The notes below the pieces were generated by a model that saw only the letters and a program-made list of their open reading frames with translations, searched no databases and was not told the origin of the DNA. 64,000 bases of DNA from a candidate division WOR-3 bacterium (GTDB lineage: Bacteria; Hydrothermota; Tepidihabitantia; Tepidihabitantales; DTDR01): contig JBDRVN010000001.1 of NCBI GenBank assembly GCA_039801885.1, positions 9,716 to 73,715 on the forward strand, given 5' to 3'. A program made the position numbers and the translations under genes. Below, piece after piece: positions 20,246-30,448 of the stretch; position 1 is the first letter of the stretch; the number at the start of each line of letters is the position of its first letter.

Positions 20246-21273
20246 ATAATTATCAACTTAAATAGGTCTTCTTTTCCTTTACTTTTTATTCTTAGATAGT
20301 AAATTCCTTTTTGGTATTTTTTATTATCTAAAATGATTTTTTCCTTTATGTTTTTTTTATAAAGAATTTGGCCAACAGTATTAGTTAAAATAACTTCACT
20401 TTCTTGTTCTTTAAGATCAATCATCAAGCAATTTCGCCAAAGAATAGTCCTATTTTTTTCATTGTTTTTTTCAAAAATTCCGGTAAAAATATCTTTCAAA
20501 TAAACATTTGAATTTCTTTTTAGTTCAGCAAGCAAAATCCATATACCGAAGTTAAACCACATTCTTTCAAGAATATTAGTACTATCTTTTACCAGCCAAA
20601 GAGAATCTTTATACCACATAATATCATTAATTCTCATTGTATCTCGCCAAAGAAAATCCATATAAACACCAGCGGTTCTCATTATTGTATAGTTTCTTAT
20701 TTTATAAGCATTAGGAATTAAACCATAAGGAGTTTGGACATTCTCTATATTAATTACCCGAGAAGAATCAGAAATAAAAGTAATCGTATCGTTTGGTATC
20801 CCTTCGCCATCTATATCCAAAATATATCTTCCGCCACTTAAACCCAATCGCCAGAAAAGATTTATTGAAAAAGGTGTTTTATAAAGAGTTTCTTGGATAA
20901 TTGTGTCAAATAAAGCACCTATCAAACATAAATATGGTCCATATTCAAAAAGGGTATCATAATATTCTTGAATTTTTCTTTGAAGAAATTTATTTTGAGA
21001 AAAAATATTAGGAGATAGATATTTAATTTTTAAACTTTCCGGATAAAAAGTTTTCCTAATATAAGCCGTATTTCCTTGCCATAAAGTCTCCTTTACTATT
21101 GATTCACTAATTATCCCATCATAAAAATAAATTTCGGTTGTCTCCGAAGGGAAAAATTGCGTTATTGTTTCACAAATGGAAAAAGTATCTAACGCCCATT
21201 TACCTTGAAAAACACCTAAATAAGAACCTACCGGCCCATTAAAGTTAATTAAAAAAACAATCAAATATACCAT
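20242..21273 (-). CDS. Secreted protein of unknown function with T9SS-like C-terminal domain
   Basis: Short hydrophobic N-terminus; C-terminal NTVGQ...KGIYYLRI...KLII. Confidence 0.75.
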   Translation of the reverse strand: MVYLIVFLINFNGPVGSYLGVFQGKWALDTFSICETITQFFPSETTEIYFYDGIISESIVKETLWQGNTAYIRKTFYPESLKIKYLSPNIFSQNKFLQRKIQEYYDTLFEYGPYLCLIGALFDTIIQETLYKTPFSINLFWRLGLSGGRYILDIDGEGIPNDTITFISDSSRVINIENVQTPYGLIPNAYKIRNYTIMRTAGVYMDFLWRDTMRINDIMWYKDSLWLVKDSTNILERMWFNFGIWILLAELKRNSNVYLKDIFTGIFEKNNEKNRTILWRNCLMIDLKEQESEVILTNTVGQILYKKNIKEKIILDNKKYQKGIYYLRIKSKGKEDLFKLIIM

Positions 21274-21323
21274 CGTTTCCTCCTTGTTTATTTCCTTAAT
21301 TATAAAAATTTATAAATTTTTTG

Positions 21324-22679
21324 TCAATAAACAATAAGTTTGTAAGTCTTTTTGTTCTTTTCTAAAAGGATAAAATAGATACCTGGTGAAATACTTCTTA
21401 TTGCTTCCAACTTTTTGACCTTTGATCTCTTTATTAAATTTCCTGAGACATCATAAATTGATATATTGTCATTAATAGAAATATTGAAAGGAATTCCCGA
21501 TTTCCATATTGAAGGAATAACCGTGCCTTTATTATCAAATTTTTTTATCTTTTCTTCTTCAATTGCTAATATTCTCTCCAATACTTGTTCTGCCCAAAAA
21601 CAACGCAAGGCAAGTTGAGAAGTATCCCGATTTTGAGGACCTTGGCTAGAATCTCCATAAGGTGAACCAATAACAGCAAAATATAAAGTTATCATTGAAT
21701 CGGGTAAAATTTCAAAAGGACCGCAAGAAAATAAACCTCTTTTATCTCCAGGTGTTTCATCAATTGAATCATAAGGTTCATATTCTCCGGTTAAATGATT
21801 ATAACCTAATAATGTCAAATATCTTGCTGGGTCTTCGACCGGATCCTCTTCGATTGTCCATTTCTTAAAAGCAGTAAGATTTAAATTATTTGGTGCTTTT
21901 AATAATCTAATAGCAACTGTTCCTGGTGTTCCTCTTTCCCATACCTCACTCGGTAATTCAATATTATTATAATCGTAGAAAAATCCAACATTTTTTATTC
22001 TAAAAGTATCTGAACCAATTTGGAAAAGTTTATTAAGAATTAAACCCGCCATATCATCATAGTAAATACCAATATCGGCATCAATTATTATTCCCAAATA
22101 AACAGAATTTAATCCAAAACCTGATGAATTTATCAGTTGGTATTTTAAGATAAATATATCCTGAGCAATTGAATCAGAAAAACCATAAACAGTTAAATAA
22201 ACATCAATTCCTAAAGGTCTTCCTGTTGCCTGATGCTGTTGCGGATTGGAATCACAAAAACACATCCATAAATCCATTTGAGAGCGGGGCTCTTGGGGTG
22301 CTAAAGGAAAACGATTTCTTGGTGGTGGCCAATCACCAGGATACTTATAAATCCTATCGGAATCATTTAAAGGCTGTCGCCAATAACGACAAAGAGTCGG
22401 GTACATCTCAGTACTTCCGGAATTGATACAATAACTGAAGGTAACCAATGTTTCATTATTAACCACCGCTCCTATCCAAATTCCTGCTCCATAAATATAA
22501 TAATTTCTTAATGGCTGTGGCCAGGTAGCACCCGCTTCCGGAATACCGCCACTTAAATCAACACCCCAACGACCATCATTAGTAAAAGGACAACGCCAAT
22601 GATTCAAATCAAACCATTCTGTATCATAAATACCAAAGGAAATTATCGGAAATATTAATATTATTAACATTTTTTTCAT
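21324..22679 (-). CDS. Secreted protein of unknown function with T9SS-like C-terminal domain
   Basis: Signal peptide MKKMLIILIFPIISFG; DADIG and GPF motifs; C-terminal IYDVSGNLI...PGIYFI...KLIVY. Confidence 0.78.
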   Translation of the reverse strand: MKKMLIILIFPIISFGIYDTEWFDLNHWRCPFTNDGRWGVDLSGGIPEAGATWPQPLRNYYIYGAGIWIGAVVNNETLVTFSYCINSGSTEMYPTLCRYWRQPLNDSDRIYKYPGDWPPPRNRFPLAPQEPRSQMDLWMCFCDSNPQQHQATGRPLGIDVYLTVYGFSDSIAQDIFILKYQLINSSGFGLNSVYLGIIIDADIGIYYDDMAGLILNKLFQIGSDTFRIKNVGFFYDYNNIELPSEVWERGTPGTVAIRLLKAPNNLNLTAFKKWTIEEDPVEDPARYLTLLGYNHLTGEYEPYDSIDETPGDKRGLFSCGPFEILPDSMITLYFAVIGSPYGDSSQGPQNRDTSQLALRCFWAEQVLERILAIEEEKIKKFDNKGTVIPSIWKSGIPFNISINDNISIYDVSGNLIKRSKVKKLEAIRSISPGIYFILLEKNKKTYKLIVY

Positions 22680-22747
22680 AGCTTCCTCCTTGTAAACACT
22701 AAAAAATTATATACTTGATTTTATAAAAAGTCAAGTTATAATATTTT

Positions 22748-24124
22748 ATGAGTGATTTGATAATTATTGGTGCTGGTCCGGGTGGCTATGTGGCAGCAAT
22801 TCGGGCTTCCCAGCTTAATAAAAAAGTAATTTTGATTGAAGAAAAAGAAGTGGGCGGTGTCTGTTTAAATTCCGGTTGTATTCCAACAAAAAGTTTATTA
22901 CATTTGGTAAAGGTATTAGAAGAAAGTAAAAACCTAAAAAATTACGGTATTGAATTTTCTTTAAATAAAATTGATATCAAAAAAATAAGAGAATTCAAAG
23001 ATAGGGTTATTTTAAGATTAAGGAAAGGAATTGAATTTCTTTTAAATAAATATAATATTGAATTGATAAAAGATAAGGCAGTTTTTGAAAGTGAGAAAGA
23101 AGTGAGATTATTAAAAAGTAATAAAAAAATAAAAGGGGAAAAATTTATTATTGCTACCGGTTCAAAGCCATTTTTTATTAAAAATTTCAAAGAAAACAAC
23201 GAAGTTATTTGGACATCGGAAGAGGCATTAAATTTTGAGAAGATACCGGAAAAATTATTAATAATCGGTGCCGGAGTTATTGGTTTAGAATTGGGAACAA
23301 TTTATTCTTCTTTTGGCTCAAAAGTTATCTTCGTTGAAATCACAAACCAAATTTTGCCGGGCGTTGATTTGGAAATTGCCAATTATTTAAAAAATCTTTT
23401 AGAGAGAAAGGGATTTATCTTTTATTTAAATTCAATCTTAAAAGAGATAGATATAAATAAAAGAAAAGCAAAAATTGAGACAAAAGAGAAAGGCGAAATT
23501 GAGGTTGATTTTGATAATATTTTATTAGCAGTGGGCAGAAAACCAAGGAGTGATGAGTTAAATTTAAATAATCTTCTTTTAGATAATTTTGGTTATATAA
23601 AAACTGATAAAAAAATGATGACAAATATTTCAGAAATTTATGCTGTTGGTGATATTAGAAAACCTCCTTTACTTGCTCATAAAGCAATGTATGAAGGAAA
23701 AAAGGTTATTGAAATAATCTTTCAAGATATTGAAGAAGAAGAAGTCTTTATTCCTAATTGTATTTATACTGAACCGGAAATTGCAACAATTGGTATGAAT
23801 GAAGAAGAAGCAAAAAATAAGGGATTAGAAATTACTATTTCCAAAATTCCTTTATCAGTAATTGGTCGCTCTTTAACGATGGGAAAAAGTGAAGGCTTTG
23901 GAAAGATAATTTATGAAAAAAATAAAAAAGAAATTTTAGGTATTCATCTTATCATGCCTAATGCCTCAGAGATTATTGGTGAAGGAAGTATTTTCTTAAA
24001 TTTGAAATTAAACTTAGAAAAAATAAAAAATGTTATTCATCCCCATCCAACATTATCGGAGATTATCGAAGAGATTTTTTTATCCGTAATAAAAGAAGCA
24101 ATTCACACTTTACCTTATGGATAA
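22748..24124 (+). CDS. lpdA: Dihydrolipoamide dehydrogenase
   Basis: GAGPGGY, GGVCLNSGCIPTK, LAHKA and HPHPTLSE motifs. Confidence 0.93.
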   Translation: MSDLIIIGAGPGGYVAAIRASQLNKKVILIEEKEVGGVCLNSGCIPTKSLLHLVKVLEESKNLKNYGIEFSLNKIDIKKIREFKDRVILRLRKGIEFLLNKYNIELIKDKAVFESEKEVRLLKSNKKIKGEKFIIATGSKPFFIKNFKENNEVIWTSEEALNFEKIPEKLLIIGAGVIGLELGTIYSSFGSKVIFVEITNQILPGVDLEIANYLKNLLERKGFIFYLNSILKEIDINKRKAKIETKEKGEIEVDFDNILLAVGRKPRSDELNLNNLLLDNFGYIKTDKKMMTNISEIYAVGDIRKPPLLAHKAMYEGKKVIEIIFQDIEEEEVFIPNCIYTEPEIATIGMNEEEAKNKGLEITISKIPLSVIGRSLTMGKSEGFGKIIYEKNKKEILGIHLIMPNASEIIGEGSIFLNLKLNLEKIKNVIHPHPTLSEIIEEIFLSVIKEAIHTLPYG

Positions 24125-24995
24125 TTTAATTGAAAAATTTTTGGAATATTTAGAAAAAGAGCGAAACTACTCCCAAGAAACAACCCGAGCGTATAAAAAT
24201 GATTTATTACAGTTTAAAGAATATTTAATAGACCGAGAAAATATTGATAATCTCTTAAAAGTTAATTATGAAATGATTAGAAATTTTATTGGTTATCTTT
24301 TAAAATACGGTTACGATAAGAAAAGTACCTCTCGGAAATTATCGGCAGTTAAATCTTTCTATAAATTTTTAAGGAACAATAAAGTGCTTAAAAAAAATCC
24401 AGCAGCAGGAATTAAATCACCAAGATTGGAAAAAAGATTGCCAACTTTTCTAACGGAAGTTCAAGTAAAAGAAGTTTTAGATTTACAACCACCAACTGAA
24501 ATAAGTTATCGAGATAAAGCAATCTTAGAACTTTTATATGCTTCGGGATTACGGGTTTCGGAATTAGTTAATTTAAAAATAAGTGATGTTGATTTTGAAA
24601 ATAAAGTATTAAAGGCAAAAGGTAAAGGTGGAAAAGAAAGGATAATTCCTTTTGGCAGTTATGCCTTAAAGGCAATAAAAAATTATTTACAAGAAAGAAA
24701 AGATAATTCGCCCTATCTTTTTGTATCAAAATTTAATAAAAAATTGAGTAACCGCCAGATTCAAAAGATTGTAAAGAAATATTTAAGTAAAATTCCTAAT
24801 CCGCCGGCAACCAATCCCCATACTTTCCGACACAGTTTTGCAACTCATCTCCTTGACCGAGGTGCCGATTTAAGGGCTGTTCAAGAACTTTTAGGTCACA
24901 GTAGTTTAGAGACAACCCAAATTTATACCCATTTAACTATTGGCAAATTAAAAGAAATCTATAAAAAAACCCATCCCCGAGCAAAATTAAATTGA
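24117..24995 (+). CDS. xerC: Tyrosine recombinase XerC
   Basis: LYASGLRVSEL, GKGGKER and HTFRHSFATHLL..GADLRAVQELLGHSSL.TTQIYTH..HPRA motifs. Confidence 0.85.
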   Translation: MDNLIEKFLEYLEKERNYSQETTRAYKNDLLQFKEYLIDRENIDNLLKVNYEMIRNFIGYLLKYGYDKKSTSRKLSAVKSFYKFLRNNKVLKKNPAAGIKSPRLEKRLPTFLTEVQVKEVLDLQPPTEISYRDKAILELLYASGLRVSELVNLKISDVDFENKVLKAKGKGGKERIIPFGSYALKAIKNYLQERKDNSPYLFVSKFNKKLSNRQIQKIVKKYLSKIPNPPATNPHTFRHSFATHLLDRGADLRAVQELLGHSSLETTQIYTHLTIGKLKEIYKKTHPRAKLN

Positions 24996-25025
24996 TTTTT
25001 ATTATATTTATGATATAATTCTTTT

Positions 25026-26816
25026 ATGTTTAGCATATCAAAAATTAGAAAAAATATGCGGACAATTATGTTAATTGTTGCTATTGCTTTTGTTGGCGGA
25101 TTTCTTATGTCCGAACTCTGGACAGTATTAAGGGAAGGTCGTTTAGGAGGAAATCCAATAAGAAAAGGAATTTTAGGCTATGTTGGTAAGAAGCCAATAA
25201 AATTAAACGAATATCAAAATATTTTAAATTATTTAACTTACAAATATTTAAGAACTAACCGATTAAAAGATATTTCGGAAGAAGAAAGAATAAGATTACA
25301 AGAAGAAGCTTGGCGCTATTTGGTTGATAATAAAATCTGGCAAGAAATATTTAAAAAGAATGATATTAATGTAACTAATGAAGAACTTTTTGAAATAATG
25401 AAAGCCAACCCACCGGAAGAGTTGAAAAATTCACCTGAATTAAAAGATAGTTTAGGAAATTTTGATTATCAAAAATATTACCAAATTTTAACTAATCCCG
25501 AAAATCAAGCCTACTTTGCGGTCTATGCCCAGGAATTGTTAGAATTTCTACCAAAAGAAAAATTTCGTTTAGATTTACAAGCGGCTGTCCAAATTTCTAA
25601 CAAAGAGGCAGAGTTTTTTACCGAATTACAAAGGACAAGAATTGTTGCTACCCATATTTTCGTTCCCCTTTTGACACCTGATGATACTATGCCAATTTCC
25701 GAAAAAGAATTGAAAACTTATTATGAAAAAAATAAAAAGAAGGATTTTAAAATTCCTAAAACTGCTAACCTTAAATATATTGAAATTCCAATTACCTTAA
25801 CAGGCAATGATAGTAATGAAGCAAAATCAATTATTGATGATGTTTATAACGAATTAAAGAAAGGTGAAGATTTTGGAATTTTAATGCTTGATTTCTCAGA
25901 ATTCTTAGAAGATACTGGTGGTATTTGGTATGAATTTAAAAATTTGGATAGTTCAACCCAAAAGATTTTAAAAATTTTACAACCAAATGGATTTTCTGAA
26001 CCATTTTTAAAAAGCGATACTTGGAAAATTATTCAATTAAGAGAAAAGAGAGGCGACAGTTTAAAACTACGTTCAATTAGTGTCAGAATAAAAATCTCTA
26101 CCGCTACTATTGAAGCGATTTTGGATACTCTTGAAAAATTTCAGGAGGCGGCAAAAGAAGAGAATTTTGATAGTGTTGCCTTTAGATATTTTAATCAATA
26201 TCCGAGACCAATTACTATTACTGAAGGTCGCCAACCATTTTGGTTAAGATTAGCCAGCCCTAACCAAATAGAAGAATTTGCTTTTAATTCTAAAATTGGC
26301 TCTATTTCACCACCTCTCTTAACAAGTACTTCTTATATTATCGCCTATTTAGAAAAAGTAAACAAGGGAGGTTATCAACCTTTTGAAAGAATAAAAACAT
26401 CTTTAACTTACCAGATAAGAAGGGAAAAGGTAAAAGAAAATAAAAGAAAAATTGCTGAAGAGATAAGAACAATGTTATTAAGAAATGAGAATATTGATGT
26501 TATCCAAAATAAATATCCTTTTTGCCAAATTGGTCATAAAGAAGATTTTATGAGCTTTGATTTTTGTTCAAGAAATCGGGGACCAGAATTTGCCGGAGCC
26601 CTTTATTCTTTAAATTCCGGTGAGGTCTCACCAGTAATTGAATTAGATTGGGGATTTTTTGTTATGAAATGTGAGGAAAGAAATCTCTTAGGAGAAATTC
26701 CAATTGATAATTATCGGAATCAAAAAGTAAATCAGTTTATCCAAAGTTTCTGGGAAGAACTTACCAAAGAAGAGAAAATAAAAGATTTTCGCCATCTTTT
26801 ACATACCAAGGAATAA
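25026..26816 (+). CDS. PpiD/SurA-like membrane-anchored periplasmic chaperone / peptidyl-prolyl isomerase
   Basis: N-terminal TM (IMLIVAIAFVGGF), SurA-like helical domain and degenerate rotamase segments (GEVSPVIELDWGFFVMK). Confidence 0.75.
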   Translation: MFSISKIRKNMRTIMLIVAIAFVGGFLMSELWTVLREGRLGGNPIRKGILGYVGKKPIKLNEYQNILNYLTYKYLRTNRLKDISEEERIRLQEEAWRYLVDNKIWQEIFKKNDINVTNEELFEIMKANPPEELKNSPELKDSLGNFDYQKYYQILTNPENQAYFAVYAQELLEFLPKEKFRLDLQAAVQISNKEAEFFTELQRTRIVATHIFVPLLTPDDTMPISEKELKTYYEKNKKKDFKIPKTANLKYIEIPITLTGNDSNEAKSIIDDVYNELKKGEDFGILMLDFSEFLEDTGGIWYEFKNLDSSTQKILKILQPNGFSEPFLKSDTWKIIQLREKRGDSLKLRSISVRIKISTATIEAILDTLEKFQEAAKEENFDSVAFRYFNQYPRPITITEGRQPFWLRLASPNQIEEFAFNSKIGSISPPLLTSTSYIIAYLEKVNKGGYQPFERIKTSLTYQIRREKVKENKRKIAEEIRTMLLRNENIDVIQNKYPFCQIGHKEDFMSFDFCSRNRGPEFAGALYSLNSGEVSPVIELDWGFFVMKCEERNLLGEIPIDNYRNQKVNQFIQSFWEELTKEEKIKDFRHLLHTKE

Positions 26817-26821
26817 AATTT

Positions 26822-26893
26822 GCCGATGTAGCTCAGAGGCAGAGCAACGGTTTCGTAAACCGTAGGTCGGCGGTTCGAATCCGCCCATCGGCT
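26822..26893 (+). tRNA. tRNA-Thr(CGT)
   Basis: GCCGATG/CATCGGC acceptor stem, ACGGT-TTCGTAA-ACCGT anticodon arm, GTTCGAAT T-loop; no CCA. Confidence 0.95.
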
Positions 26894-26957
26894 TATTGTT
26901 GACTTTTTCTAATTTTTTATTTATATTTTTTGTTAATTATAAAAAGGAGGTTAAAAT

Positions 26958-28127
26958 ATGGTCTATTTAGTAATTTTATTACAAATAATTAACTTTAATC
27001 CTAACTTAGATTTAACAATTGCCCGTCACGATACCGGTAATATAATCTTGCAAGTTACTGACCGAGCTCATATCGGTGGCGAAACTACTGGAACAGCAAA
27101 CATTCCTTATGGTTTAAGATATCCAAGAACTGGAACCGACCATTTATTCTTTGGTGGATTTGGAATTACTAATTCCCGAACCTATGTTGCTGATGGACAT
27201 TATGCCCCTAACTATAGTATTGATCGAGATTTTAGAATTCGGGATATAATTCATCGGGTTTCAAGATATGGTCTTCAAGAATATGAAGCCAGTTATATTG
27301 ATTCCGGACATCCAACTCCTAAAAATATAAAGGTAACCCAATATACCCTTGCCTCTCCTGATCCTAATTACGACGATGGTGTAATAATGATTTTCACAAT
27401 AAAAAATGAAGGAGATACCCAAATTGATAGTCTTTATGCGGGAATCATTTTGGATTTAGATATGGCAGGCGGTACCTCTGATTTAGCCTATACTGATACT
27501 ATAAGAAGATGTGTATATCAAAGACGTTCCGCAGCAGAAAATCCGACCGTAGGAATAAAAATTCTTTCACCAGCAACTTGGGCAAACCTTGCGTGCCTTT
27601 ATAATCCCACTTATGTCCATCCTTATTATGGATTACCCGATACTTTTAAATATAAATTTCTAACAGGTATTATAAGACAATATTCCGGTGTAACATCAAG
27701 TGATTGGTCAAGTGTTGCTTCAGTTGGTCCTTTCAGTTTAGAACCACAGCAAGAATATGTTTGTGCCTTTGCTATTTTGGGTGGAGCTTCAATAAACGAT
27801 TTCCTAGCGAATGCTGATAGTATTCAAGCCTTCTATGACCGACTTGTTGGTATAAGTGAAAATAAAAATGAGAAGAAAGTAGTTCTTTTGACAAATCCAA
27901 TAATTTTAAGTTACCAATCTAAACTTCAATTAAAAGTAAATGCTGATGAAGAATTGAAAATAAATCTCTATGACCTTTGTGGAAAATTTGTTGACTGCCT
28001 TGGGAAAATAAATGGGAAAAAAGTTCACACCTTAATTTTGAATAAAGATTATTCCAAAGGAATTTACTTTTTAAGGGTAGAAGGAAAAGAAAATTACCTA
28101 ACTAAAAAATTGATTTATTTAAAATAG
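26958..28127 (+). CDS. Secreted protein of unknown function with T9SS-like C-terminal domain
   Basis: Hydrophobic N-terminus; DLDM and SVGPFSL motifs; C-terminal LYDLCGK..KGIYFLRV..KKLIYLK; SD AGGAGG. Confidence 0.78.
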   Translation: MVYLVILLQIINFNPNLDLTIARHDTGNIILQVTDRAHIGGETTGTANIPYGLRYPRTGTDHLFFGGFGITNSRTYVADGHYAPNYSIDRDFRIRDIIHRVSRYGLQEYEASYIDSGHPTPKNIKVTQYTLASPDPNYDDGVIMIFTIKNEGDTQIDSLYAGIILDLDMAGGTSDLAYTDTIRRCVYQRRSAAENPTVGIKILSPATWANLACLYNPTYVHPYYGLPDTFKYKFLTGIIRQYSGVTSSDWSSVASVGPFSLEPQQEYVCAFAILGGASINDFLANADSIQAFYDRLVGISENKNEKKVVLLTNPIILSYQSKLQLKVNADEELKINLYDLCGKFVDCLGKINGKKVHTLILNKDYSKGIYFLRVEGKENYLTKKLIYLK

Positions 28128-28131
28128 CTTA

Positions 28132-28830
28132 TTAACTTCTTGGACCGAAGATCAAAGTTCCAATTCTAATGAGATTAGCGCCTTCTTCTATGGCAATTTC
28201 AAAATCACTACTCATTCCCATTGAAAGATAAGGTAAAGATATTTTAAATTTATCTTTAACTTTTTCTTTTAATTCATAAAGAAGACGAAAGGATTTACGT
28301 GAATTTTCTTTATCTTCAATCGCACTAACTGGACCTAAAGTCATTAATCCTTTTAATTTTAAGTGGGGTTGATTTAAAACATATTCTACTAAACTATCCA
28401 AATCTTCCGGTAATATGCCAAATTTTGTATCTTCAAAAGATGTATTTACCTGAATGAAAGCAGAAATAACTTTATTTTCTTTTTCACATACTTTTTCTAA
28501 TTCCTCAGCCAGTTCAATTCTATCTAAAGATTGAATACAAGAAAAATATTTTATTGCTTTTTTAACCTTATTAGTTTGTAAATGACCAACAAAATGCCAT
28601 TCGACATTCTTAAATTCATTATTAATTACCGGAATTTTTTTTATTGCCTCTTGAACTCGGTTTTCTCCTATTTTATCTAAACCACAATTTATCGCATCTT
28701 TTATTCTTTCTATATCAATTCCTTTACTAATTGCCACAATTTCTATCTCCTCTTTTTTTCTACCAACTTTATTACAAACCTCTTCAATTCTCTTCAATAG
28801 ATTTTCAATATTTTTCTTTATATCAATCAT
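28132..28830 (-). CDS. yggS: PLP homeostasis protein YggS/PLPBP
   Basis: VAISK, GENRVQE, WHFVGHLQTNK, LSMGMSSDF and RIGTLIFG motifs; start taken at the ATG just after a -10 box. Confidence 0.93.
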   Translation of the reverse strand: MIDIKKNIENLLKRIEEVCNKVGRKKEEIEIVAISKGIDIERIKDAINCGLDKIGENRVQEAIKKIPVINNEFKNVEWHFVGHLQTNKVKKAIKYFSCIQSLDRIELAEELEKVCEKENKVISAFIQVNTSFEDTKFGILPEDLDSLVEYVLNQPHLKLKGLMTLGPVSAIEDKENSRKSFRLLYELKEKVKDKFKISLPYLSMGMSSDFEIAIEEGANLIRIGTLIFGPRS

Positions 28831-28891
28831 AATATAATATAAATAAATCCTCTCTATTTTCAAGATGATAGGGGTAGGGGGTATATATATG

Positions 28892-28916
28892 TAAGTTATT
28901 GATAATTAAAGACTTA
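28892..28916. promoter_or_regulatory. 25-bp inverted-repeat motif TAAGT-N15-ACTTA
   Basis: TAAGTTATTGATAATTAAAGACTTA; same geometry as 39491-39515. Confidence 0.5.
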
Positions 28917-29094
28917 TTATGGTATAGGGTTATCCCTATGACAATATGGGATACATTATAAATTAAGAGCTGGTAAAAATCTAAAAAATAAATTTTCAAT
29001 AAAATATTTTGTTAATTGACTTTTTTATTTTATTTTATTATAATTATTTAGATAATAAATTTAATGATCAAATTATCCCTTAATATTTTTTTGT

Positions 29095-30081
29095 ATGGAA
29101 AAAAGAGAAGAGTATTTAATTAAAATTTCTGTTCCTTTTAAAGGAATTGACCCAATAAAAATTCTTGGTTTCCAAGATGAATATCTTAATTATATCTCCC
29201 GATTTTTTGGTTCCCAAATTATTGCCCGCAAAGACCGGATAAGAATATTAGGACCAAAAGAAGAAGTTTATAAAATTCGTGAACTCTTTTTAAATCTTAT
29301 GAGACATATTAAAAAAAATAATTTTTTAACAAAGGAATTAATTAATGAAGAAATTAAATTGGTAAAAGGTGAAGAGTTTCTTAAAGAAGAGAAAAAGGAA
29401 AAGCCAAAAGAAAAAATGAAGACTGAATATGCTATTGCCACTTCAAAAAAAATCATCTTTCCCCAGACAAAACATCAAGAAGAATATCTAAAAGCCATTG
29501 ATGAATCTGAAATAGTAATTTGTATTGGTCCGGCCGGAACAGGAAAAACTTATTTAGCTGTCGCTAAAGCAGTATCTTATCTTTTAAACGGCAAAGTGGC
29601 AAGAATAATTTTAACGAGGCCCGCCGTAGAAGCCGGTGAACAACTGGGATATTTGCCTGGTGATTTAAAAGAGAAAGTTGCACCTTATTTAAGACCCCTT
29701 TATGATGCCCTTTATGATATGATGCCGATAGAAAAAGTAAAAAGAATGATCGAGGAAGAGATAATTGAAATTGCTCCTTTAGCATATATGCGTGGAAGAA
29801 CCTTATCCGATGCTTTTATTATTTTAGATGAAGGTCAAAATACCACAAAGACCCAAATGAAAATGTTTCTCACTCGTTTAGGTTGGAATTCCAAGGCGGT
29901 AGTAACCGGTGATATTACTCAGATTGATTTAAGTTCTAAACATTCTTCCGGTCTTATTGATTGTGAAAAAAGATTAAAAAATATTAATGGTGTCAGAATT
30001 ATTTATTTTGACAAAGGAGATGTTACCCGACCAGCAATCGTTTCGGAAATCATCAAAGCCTACGAGGAAGAAGAAAGTTAA
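29095..30081 (+). CDS. phoH: PhoH-like ATPase (YbeZ)
   Basis: GPAGTGKT, TRPAVEAGE.LGYLPG, YMRGRTL, DEGQN and GDITQID motifs. Confidence 0.93.
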   Translation: MEKREEYLIKISVPFKGIDPIKILGFQDEYLNYISRFFGSQIIARKDRIRILGPKEEVYKIRELFLNLMRHIKKNNFLTKELINEEIKLVKGEEFLKEEKKEKPKEKMKTEYAIATSKKIIFPQTKHQEEYLKAIDESEIVICIGPAGTGKTYLAVAKAVSYLLNGKVARIILTRPAVEAGEQLGYLPGDLKEKVAPYLRPLYDALYDMMPIEKVKRMIEEEIIEIAPLAYMRGRTLSDAFIILDEGQNTTKTQMKMFLTRLGWNSKAVVTGDITQIDLSSKHSSGLIDCEKRLKNINGVRIIYFDKGDVTRPAIVSEIIKAYEEEES

Positions 30082-30448
30082 GATAAATATCTTTGGTGTT
30101 AAAAATTTAAAATTAAAAAGAGAGGTAGAAGTAATCGTTAATAAGGTTTTAAAAGATGAAGAGATAAAGACTTCCGAATTGAATATCATCGTTTGTGATG
30201 ACCAATTTATCAAAAAGTTAAATAAAAAATTTCTAAAAAGAGATTATCCAACAGATGTTTTATCTTTCAATTTTGATAAAAATTTTCTTGGAGAAATATA
30301 TGTTTCCAAAAATCAAACATTAAAACAGGCAAAAAAGGATAAGGTAAAATACGGGTATCGTTTAAAATATTTAATCCTTCACGGACTCTTTCATCTTTTA
30401 TCTTATTCCCATTCGGAAATAGAAAAATTGATAGCAAAATATTTATAG
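30062..30448 (+). CDS. ybeY: rRNA maturation endoribonuclease YbeY (start codon uncertain)
   Basis: LNKKFLKRDYPTDVLSF, LGEIYVS and HGLFHLLSYSH motifs. No well-placed canonical start; ACG at 30062 is inferred. Confidence 0.85.
   Translation, partial: TRKKKVKINIFGVKNLKLKREVEVIVNKVLKDEEIKTSELNIIVCDDQFIKKLNKKFLKRDYPTDVLSFNFDKNFLGEIYVSKNQTLKQAKKDKVKYGYRLKYLILHGLFHLLSYSHSEIEKLIAKYL

Noticed and set aside
24117-24995. Tyrosine recombinases (also 54950..55843) as prophage or island integrases
   Set aside because: They have XerC/XerD length and motifs, sit in housekeeping operons, and have no phage genes or att duplications nearby. No canonical dif site was spotted.
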